Assembly: GCA_964247055.1 (NCBI GenBank)
Contig: OZ176054.1
Span: 5,084,001-5,148,000 of the forward strand
DNA from: Paragordius varius
Lineage: Eukaryota > Animalia > Nematomorpha
Direction of reading: 5' to 3'
Length of the DNA: 64,000 nucleotides
Part shown: positions 53,701 to 64,000 of the stretch, piece after piece
Layout of the letters: every line of letters begins with the position of its first letter
Numbering within the stretch: position 1 is the first letter of the stretch
Notes under the pieces: generated by a model
What the model saw: the letters and a program-made list of their open reading frames with translations, nothing else
What the model was told of the DNA's origin: nothing
Database searches by the model: none
Translations under genes and position numbers: made by a program

Positions 53701-56700
53701 TTCTAAATAATAGCTATTTTTTATTACAATTTTTGACTTTTTAAACATTTTTTTGAGCACTTTTGCGTACTGAACAAAGCGAAGTGGATATTCCTGGTAG
53801 AATATAGAAATTTTAATATTTTAAAATCAATTTTTTCCAGGAATTATTTTTTTAAAAAAGACAAATCTTGCCTAATGCAATAAAATGCGCTTAAATTAAT
53901 TCTTAAATGTGCATTTTGATCGATTAATCCGCATCGGGATCTTCATCATTAAAACTTCAAAAAGAGGAGAGAAAGGGAGAGCTTTAATTCAGTTTAGTCA
54001 AAAAATTTCTAATTGATTTATCAAAGAGAATTTTACGCGTGTCACAAATCATATCATATAATTAGAGTTTTTGATAAAACGATTTTTTTTCATAAACTTT
54101 TGCAACATTAATCCTTTTAAATTAAATTTATATGAGTGTATTTTTTTCATAATATCTACATTGTTGTTGGTTTTTTATCATAACTTTACTATTTTGCCTT
54201 TAACTTTAATCTAGTGGTAGTTGGTCACAAACATATTAAATTAAATTTTAATTGAGCTAAATATCATTCGTTTATAGAGGAGGTCATTAATTAAATGTAT
54301 GGCTTAAATCTCCAAAGCTATTTAGTGTTTACGTGACACGGCATTTATTGTTTAAATTTTATGGATATAATAATAAAAATAATCCTAACCGTGAGGTATG
54401 GAAAATGTCACGAAAAACTAAAAGTTTATTTATGGGCTTATATTTACACTTGTTTTAACTCAACATTTACGTTTAATGGCATTTAAAAGTGGTAAAAACA
54501 GATTCCGTCCTCAATCTCTGATATATTCACATAAACAATATATCTAGTTTAATCATTATTTTCATCTTAAGAATTCTGCTGAAATTTAATTCTGGCCTGA
54601 CTGAAGACATTGTTATTGTCTCCATTATGAAAAAAAAATGAATAATATTTGTACTAAAATATATTTATTCGTTTACTAGCTTTTTCTAACTAATTAATGG
54701 TTTTGTCCGATTTGTCACGCACAACTAACTACTTTTAATTGACGACACACTGTCTCCCAACTTTTATTATCATGAGTATTATGTAACAATTTTAATTTCC
54801 AAATGCTCCTTAATCTATAAATTAATATAATATTTTTAAATTTTGCTGGCATTTAAAATTTTATTTTAAATAAATTCGTTGCTTAGGATTTTAACCATAA
54901 AATTCAAATTATACGGACAAAACGTGCAATTATAAGGACAAATATTTTTTCAAAACACAATTGTACTTTTTAATCTCGAATTTTGAAAATATAAATAATT
55001 AAAATTGCAATTTGAAATAGAGATTTATATTGGCATCACAATCAATTATATATTTTATAATTGTAAATAAATATTTACATGGGCAAAATTAGATCTAAAA
55101 AAGTATGGTTGTCTTTTAGTTAAATTATATGTTTAGGTCGTTATTCTACGACGATTTCCAAATCATTTATATTACAAACCTTTGTTGTTACACTCAATTT
55201 GTCCCTATAATTTCAATATTTATTGTATTAATACATATAATTCAAGATAAGGAAATTAAATGTTTACATACATTACATTAATATGATTATTGTCAAATTA
55301 TGTAATTTGTATGATTCTAGCCAAATTTTCTAAGGAACATAACATTATTGTAACACAACATAATTAATGTTAAAACAATATAAAACAGGAGGGAAAATCC
55401 AATCGTAATAAATTACTTCATATATAGATAAATTACAAAGTTATTTAAGATTGTAGTTAACTAAACCACATAGTATTCTAATATGATAGATTAGTTATGT
55501 AATTTTTATGTTGGTGCAGTGCAGTCATTAAGCTAAAAAACTCTGTAATTTTAATTAAAAATAATTCATATTTTTTATGCTGCAAAATTATAATTTATAT
55601 TAAATGATAGATAGTACTAATAATAATTGGTCGTTTGCATAATAAAGCTTTGTGGTTATTTAAATAAATATAATATATGTTTATCGCGTTTTAAATTAAA
55701 TATGAAGAATTTGGGAATAAAATATAGAGTGGATTATTTCCCCTATATAAAGACCCCGGTCATAATGAGCTCTTTAAATTAAATTATATAACGTTTTATT
55801 TTATGTTAATATCGCTAAAATTTGAACCTACCTTAGCCTATAATTGGACATTTTTAACCCCTCCTGATAATGAACTATAGTGAAAATAAAAATGTATGAA
55901 AAATGATTTTAATATAACACAAGTCAACAAGGTTTTGCACCCCCCATCCTTTTTGCATTTCCTGTTAACTTGTTATAGAGAGGCCAAAACAATAAAAATT
56001 TGAGAGCGGCAATGGCATTTAAAATGATTGTTTATTTTTTATTTATTTTAAACATTATTCCTGTATCATAAATTCAAATAATTAAACGAATAAATCGATA
56101 CAAGTGAGATTTCACAGGCAGGATTTTATTAAAATTTTAGAACATGAATTTTAATGCTATATCAATTATTTTAAATGCTAATAATTAATATTCCATTTAT
56201 TTATATGTTATATCGATATATATTGAAATAATTTTTTTTAATATGAAATAATTTATACTATTAATCATACAAAGAATAAGAGTTTGAGAGTATTCTCTGT
56301 TAGATGTGTTAAAACATTAATATTTTAATGAGAACATAAATCCTTTATTGCTTTTAAATCATATTTATATTCCTTTTGTTTTGGGTTAATTTACCTTATC
56401 CTTAAGATCTATATCTGAAATTCAAAATATACCGCATCCAATTATATTTAAAAATAAATATCCACTAGAAAAATTAACTAGAATTAACCAAATAACATAA
56501 TAACAACTAAAAATAACTAAAAACTAACAAAATAAATATAGCTTATCTGAAAGATAATGGTTAAAACCACAAAATGCAGTTATATTTGTTTCTGCATATT
56601 TTCTCTTTTGAAAAATTAAAAAATCTTATGATCTCAAAATTCATCTGATTGGGGGGATCAAAAAATTCAGATTCGGTTTAAGAACACTGAAATCGGTCTA

Positions 56701-59465
56701 ATTTATAATTTGAGTGGTGCTTGATAAAGTATGAATTTGTCAGTATTTCGCTTAAAAACCTAACTTCAAAGTTTTACAAGCAAAAATTTGATTAAATCGC
56801 TAAAACTTGCAAATAAAAATATGCTAAAAAAACTAATATCCTTTTAAATATTAATGAAAAGGCAGTCTCTTTCTTTGAAATTTTACAGTAAAAATTAAAA
56901 TTTTAAAAAGACAACCATACTTTCAAATCTTTTATTTTAATCATCATTCTGGGGGAATTGTTTAAATTTTAACACACTCGATTACATGTTTTGAAAATGT
57001 AAATAAATCGACTGCTTATATGGGAAGCAATGTTTTTTGAAAAAATATGGGTATCTTTTTTAAAATATATTTAAAGAATGTTTTATTTCATTAATAAATA
57101 TCTGTTTAAATTATATTTTTATATAAAACTACGTCTAGTATTAATATATTTACATGTGTGTTGTCTATGGGGTGGATTTTATTTGGTAGCTTAATTCAAC
57201 TAACCTATGTGAACGGACTACCAATTAGTCGTAATTTTGATTAAAATTTATACTTTTAATATTTGTTGAAACTTGTGACCAGAGGGTAGCCGTAAGATTT
57301 ATGACATTACAATTATTATCTAACGATGAAATAATTGCGTATAGAGGAGTTTTTACTCTACAATAGCTACGAATGCTTAATTATTTCCTAATTAAATTAC
57401 GATAATCTTTCTTTTTCTTTTCGAGTGGATGTGTTTCTTAACACTTTTCTTAACGTAGGCTATATTGCAAAGAATGACACCAACTTTTGAATTTAATTAA
57501 ATTAAATTCATGCTTTGAAAAATGTTTGACTGATTAAGGGTGCATAACAAAATTATGTCCAAAGAACATTAAAAGATAAGAGCATGATATAAAAAACGGG
57601 ATTACACCATTTTGAGATGTAGAACAACGACAGCTTTGTCTCATAAACTAAGAAAAAATGGCCAAAGTATACTATTTCTATCAAACTCACAATAATAAAA
57701 AGTCTCCTAATATATAAGTTTATAAGGGATAAAAATTGTAATTAGCTTTAAGGTAACGTATAATTTTTCAAATAAGGATGTCAAAAATCGAGCATTACAA
57801 TTTAACTAAAAATGATTTTATTTAGCTAGATATCATGTTAAATAACCCAATAAACTTTTTTCTGTTTAAAAAAGTCGGTAAAGAGCTTACTTTTTTACCA
57901 TATCTAATTATTTTTAAATTTTTGAAAAAGTACTTTAAAATTGAATTAATTCAAAAAATAATGGTCCACGTGCATAAAGTAAAATATTAAGAGCACAGAG
58001 CGCAAATCACAGCTTATGCATATACTATTTAGTAGGAAAGTTTTTTCTCGGTGGTTTCTGTAACGCAGATAGAAGCATAAAATAATTTATTAATATTAAT
58101 GGTAATTTTGCCATTTTTATGCTGAATCAGGAAAATGGACCATGTGTGATTATGTATTAATAGTAGTATGAAAGAATTAATAATAATTATATGCTAAGGC
58201 AGCAAAATTTCTTTGAAGCACACCATACTTTTCGAGAGAGAGGCCAACCACAGTTTTTGGATTTTGAATTCTTCTCTTCACCCTGATCATCACACACACT
58301 AAAATTTATAGGACCGCATGTTTGTGGTTTTTTTTTTTGAAAAAGCACATTTTTACTTAAATAAAAAGTTTCCAAGTCTTGCATAATTTGCAGATATTCA
58401 ATTATATTTTGTGATTTTAGCTTTATAAATTATTCATATATGGAAGAGAGATACGACATTAGAGTGACCTAATGCTATGCACAGTTTTTTTAAAACAACT
58501 TTAAAAGTTTTTTTCCCATTATTACAGGCTTTACAGCTGTATAGCCACTTATAAATTTATATTATTTCATTTTTATGATGAAGAATTTAATTGCAATAGC
58601 TGCCTGCCTATCTCTCTGTGAAAAGGTTAATTGAAATTGAAAATATATTGTTAGCCAGCTAATTATCTAACGTAAATTAATAAAAAATCTTATTGCTTGC
58701 TTGCTTGATTTTGGTTTATAAATATTAATTTTGGAGACCACAATGACATAAAAATTTAAGTTATACACTGAAAAGAAATAAATGATTTTTTACTATTTCA
58801 AAAAAATCCTGACATCAACTTTCAAATTTTAAAATCTTGGTTGATGAATGTTACACTACATGCTGAAGTATGGGATAGTTTAATCAAAATATAAAATCAT
58901 CAATTTCGATTCCCAAGATAATACCTTTGACAATTTAAGTCAAAATTCACAGCTTAAGTAAATTTTTGATTTTCGTAATGTTGTTTTGAGCAATTTTAAT
59001 TTATTTTAAAATTTGTTGGTGGTGTGGAGCAAGCCATATAATTGCAAAATTTTTAATAAATTAAAATGTCATTTACTTAGTTACGTGAAATAGTGCACAA
59101 GTTTAATTATATTCAAGTAATATGTGCAATTTTTTTGTTGAAAAGTTAAAAAAACTTAAATATTTTCAAAAAGGAAAATCCTAATAATATTATGGTTAAT
59201 AATATTGTTTTACATAAAAATTATAAAAAGTATATTTTGGGGATGAATGGTTTTATTGTCAAGACAAGAGTTTAAATTTTTTTTGATGTCCATCTAGACC
59301 GAAGAATAAAACATTATTTAAAAAAATTCCGGTATTAAAGACTAAACAAACCTTTTACGAAACCATAAATAAGACAATAAATCAATGTTTGTAGACAACC
59401 ACACTCTCATACTTATTAAACATAGCATGACCTGTCCATACTATAACTAAATTATTTAACAAAAT

Positions 59466-61030
59466 CAGGGCTTCTTAAACTTTTGTAGTTGTCGACCCCA
59501 TTTATGATTGCGAGTTTCTTCACAACCCCAACAAATATAAAAGAAAAAGCTTCTTCAAAATTACACTTAGAAATTTTGTTGATAATTTTATCAGGATTGT
59601 TTAGGTTTAAAGAGATTGACAAAAATAAATCTACATTTTTTACTAATTTCTATAACATTTTCTGATTTAAAGTAAATTTATACAAGATACTAGCGGGCCC
59701 TGTCAGGCTTCGCTGTGACGTAGTTTCACCGATAATCATTCTTAATAATTTGCAATAAATAGAGATAATGGAGATAAAAAATATTCTAAAACATATGTAA
59801 TAAAAAAAATCAATTGTCCCTTATTAAAGTTAATATTCAACTATCATTAGTATTTAAAGATTTTTGTTTTACAAAATCATGTTTAAAAGTTCTATTTTGA
59901 AATTTGTTCGCACAGCTGAGACCAAGGGATATAAAAAGTAAATCATTTGTGGTCCCTTTTTAAAGGAAGGAATGATATTATACAAATTCCCCAGAAATGT
60001 ATTTAACTGATCTCGCATGGCTTCTTAAGTTTTTTAAAAATCAGCTCCAAAACTACGCCATTTTCGCATGGTATCTCAGTTTTAAACCAGATGCCCCATT
60101 GACTTATAAAGGAAAAGCGCTGAGTTAAATTTTTTGCCTTTATAGGGCAAATATTTGGAATCATCTTTGATACCATCGTCTCATGGGTTCTTCGAAAAAA
60201 TACCTCAACACTAAATAATCGTTACATGATGGCGTATTTTTAGGGCATAAAGGCCCCAATTAACGGCTAATAATTAAAGCCCGATTATTTCAAGCTTTTA
60301 ATGAGCTCATATGGCTTCATAAATTTTCTGGAAATCAGTTCCAAAACAACGCAATTTCTATATAGTGGCGCAGTTTTAGCGGCTATCGTTTACCCAGCAG
60401 CCAATATTAATAACTAAAATTTTTGCCTTGAATCCTCATTAAATTTTAACGGTCTCAGACCCTGGGCAAAAAATTATTTTGTCTTTTATGAAAAAAATGG
60501 CATTTTACGGAGGGAATGGGTAAAAATAGAGCCTAATGCGATATTTTCGCGCAATCGAAAAAAAGTAAAAAAATCATATTTGAAATCGAATGGTCCTACA
60601 CGTTTTCTAGAAAATTGTTTTAAAGACACGATTTTTGTGGGCCTCTGATTTAAAAAAACGTTTTTTACACGGGGGGCCCGATGGGGGCCTATTTCAAAAA
60701 ATGGGTGATAGTATTGTCGGGCCATTCATCAGATTAAATTTTTTAACATTTGGATTTGAATAGGTCTACCGGTTTTCCGGAAACAGATCACAAAGCCAGA
60801 ATTTTCTATTTTTATAAATATATGGAATATAAATGATCATAGAAATGCTGGTATAAACAGTTTTTTCCTAGCCAGAAGATTTTATGATATATTTATCTAC
60901 GATGATTGTTATTTTTATTTATAAAAAATTTTACAAGTTAAAAAACATTTTTTGTTAAATTGTATTTTCATCACTCGCGACCCCATAATTTTGCTAGGCG
61001 ACCTTAAATGGGGTCGCGAAAGAAGCCCTG
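59466..61030. mobile_element. hAT (Charlie/Buster-type) MITE interrupted by the Helitron
   Basis: 11-bp TIRs CAGGGCTTCTT / AAGAAGCCCTG; subterminal CGACCCC/GGGGTCGCG; degenerate 8-bp TSD AACAAAAT vs TACTAAAT (6/8). Confidence 0.7.
59690..60826 (-). mobile_element. Helitron family copy with a different 3' terminus, nested in a hAT MITE
   Basis: 60340-60826 matches 9740-10266. The 3' end at 59690-59693 is CTAG|T preceded by a different imperfect hairpin (GTCA-CAGCGAAGCC-TGAC on the minus strand). Confidence 0.7.
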
Positions 61031-64000
61031 TACTAAATGGTTAAAATTTAAGTATTCGGGTATTTTATATCTTTTACACTATCTGATTTTCTGACTCAGG
61101 CAAGAGTCACTAGAATTTGCACAGACATGAGTTAAATTATGGTGTGATGCGTTATTCGCTGTTTCCCATTTGCCCTTGTGAGTAAACTAATAAGCGACCT
61201 TAAAAGACTATAACTGCGTCTATACACAAATCTGATATAAATATTTTATTGGTAAAAAATAGAAAAATTGTATGTCGAATATAAATAGATTACGCTTTTA
61301 AAACGGAGCAAATTATTTTAAAATTTAAATATGTAGATAATAATATTTAAATACCATATTAAATTTCATGATGCACTTAAAAAGAAAAGGCATTCTTAAT
61401 TATTCTTCATTCAAGTTTTTGTGTTAACTCTTAATCGCTTTACGATATCTCCCTTTTTTGGTTTTTGTAACATAATAGCTTGTTGAAAACAAAATGTGCG
61501 TATTATTAAAATTAATAATTTGATACTAATGGGACAAATTTGTATTTGTCTTTAACATAGGAAAAAACACTAAATTTTCAAACTTAATAAAAGCCACAAA
61601 TTAATTACTTAGTTACTACTAATGGACATGGAAATGAGCTACTTTTTTGCACCATTTTCTTTTCTTTTTTGTTAAAGAGTATGTAACAAAAAAACAAACA
61701 AATGACCAAAATATCGATTGGATAAAAGTTGGTTAACATATACATTTTTTTTCCTTATTCATATATTTTTTTATACAGGCAAAACAATCTTCTTTCAGTT
61801 TATAGATAAGGAATAAGAGAGAAAAAAGAAATTGTGTAGTTTATGGAATTTGGTTATAATAATAACTGGACCACATGACATTTGTCCAAAAATCCCGATA
61901 TATATATATAGTTAAATCTTTGCTCAATAAAACAAAAATTTTGTAAAACAGCCACATTAACGACAATGTTAGCTAATGCTATATCTGCAAATAACAAACA
62001 AGCTAAATTCTTTCCTACTTAAAACATAAAATATTTAGATTTGTAAGATTTTTCATGTAAACACTGAATAAACAGCCATCTTTAATTTGTTGCTAAAACG
62101 AATAAAGGGCTCATTTTTTGAATCCTTGCCCCCTATTTTCTAATTTATATGTAATATAAGTCAGTCTATGATTTAAAATCTGCTATTTTTTCACTTAGTG
62201 TAGCCAACATCTAATGAAATCTATCCATCCATCACTTTATGTAATATTGCGTATTTAGATCAGAACATATTCATTCAATCGGAGAAATTGATTAAGCATA
62301 AATCATAAAGGAGCACAGTTACTGTTTTAAGCCATTCCAATTTTATTTCTCGCTATACAGTTATAATGATAAATATAATCCAATAATATTGGAATTGGTT
62401 TTTTTTTGGAAAGCAAAGTATCATTACCATTCTTTATAGTACTTATGAAAGAAAGATTAATATTAGTATTTCGTATGTAATTTATTTTTATAAGAAAGTT
62501 AATATCATTACATCCTAAATTAAATTTGAACACGAAAACGTGCGGTCAATTTTCCCAAAAAATCAATCCATTAAAATTTCATCTTATTAATATTGCCAAA
62601 ATTGATTTTTGATTTCTAATCTTAACTCTAGTAGTATAATAATTTTTGAAAATGGATGGCATTATAACTTTTGCTTAAAAGTAATAATATGGACCTAATT
62701 CACATTCTAATCCAATTCACCCATCAAGCAATCTTAATCAATATCACAACTTTAGTCTTTGTTTCATAGCTTATCGATTTGGGAAAAAAGTAATTTTCTT
62801 AAAATTTATATAGTAATAAAACTTTTGATGATTGTTTTAACAAAAAATATTAAATATATTATTATTCTGACAAGATAATTTAATTTATATATTTCAGACT
62901 GTCAGTTATTTGTTTCCAATTATTCTTAAAGTCAAACATACAAACTGGAGAAATAAAATTTTGATATAATAAAACCAATCATTAATTAAATTCGGTATTA
63001 TTAATAGTTAATATTTTTAAGTGATTGGAAAAAATATTTTTCTTTGATATACACATACACGTATATAAATTTTGAAGATTTTTAATCCCATAAATTGAAT
63101 TTGAAGTGTTGGTTATTTTATCGCAAAAAACTAAACTTTTGAATTTAGCGCATTACTCTAGCTAGCAAAACACAAAAGCATTACAAAAAAATTGTTACTT
63201 TTAATCAAACAAATTGATTTGGTTGATTGAGAGTGCAATCAATGAAAACTTCAAAAACAAATAAACGAACAAAGAAACATTTTTTTGGTTCTTTATATAT
63301 CGAGAAAGGCAAGAGAAAAACGATTAAGTCCTTTAACTTTCGATGTGAAATTACATACAAATACATAATTAAAACTTCTAGTCATGTCTACATATAAAAA
63401 GCTAATTACTATGAAGTATTGTAAAAGTGATGATTATCATTGCAAAAATCGGTACTTAAGATATGCAGAAATATAAAATTTTGCGCTGGTCGCAAAAATT
63501 ATATAATTGCAAAAAAATGAAATTTTTAATCAATTTTCGCTTTGTTCTTTAGTGCACATTTAATTTAACATTTTTTCTCAAAAAAAAATAATCAGGCTAT
63601 ATCGTAAATTAGAGAGACATGGTTAATGAAATACTAAATTATATATACCGAATAATTTATGTTTGGTTTTATCACTCATCAATACAATAGTAGTATACTA
63701 TATGCGAAAAAAGTTCCACTTTTTATTTTTTAATTAACATATCAAAGACAATGTTGGAAAAAATAAAACGGCGAACTTCCGTTTAAGATATAATGAAACC
63801 GCGTCTTTAGAGACCCATAAATATGTCCTTCTGTTACCAAAAAAATGTTAGTATTATTTTTCTAATTAACACAAGTATGTTATATTTTTTTTCATATAAA
63901 AAAACTTTAGATTCAATACCCTCTCGAAATATTACTTATTATACTACTTTAAAAGTTTATCTTTTGGATTTTCTTACCTGATATCAAATTTATAAAAATG

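Noticed and set aside
52000-64000. Hidden gene in the last 12 kb (ORFs 58187-58384, 62327-62533)
   Set aside because: Short ORFs with AT-driven composition, no recognisable motifs and no consistent exon chain; only repeats were identified. Small or non-coding exons cannot be excluded.

Overview
Very AT-rich eukaryotic (invertebrate animal-type) genomic DNA; the taxon cannot be fixed from this window. Gene models were built by hand from GT-AG sites and protein homology. Four multi-exon genes: an atypical soluble guanylate cyclase (Gyc88E-like, minus, 10 exons), the splicing factor PRP31 (plus, 12 exons), a secreted single-domain ACE/M2 peptidase (minus, 9 exons) and UAP1 (plus, 9 exons). A fifth, orphan-like ORF carries eight [SG]ILK PP1-docking motifs. 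The intergenic and intronic DNA is densely colonised by often nested transposons: an intact hAT, a decayed Buster/Charlie hAT, several MITE families, non-autonomous Helitrons, a truncated RTE LINE and a Penelope fragment. The most striking signal is the splicing landscape. Four homology-supported introns are only 25-30 nt, three more candidates of 25-27 nt sit just before start codons, and no coding intron is 31-62 nt long. Donor sites are highly degenerate (+5G in only 8 of 36). No gene was recognised in about 52-64 kb.
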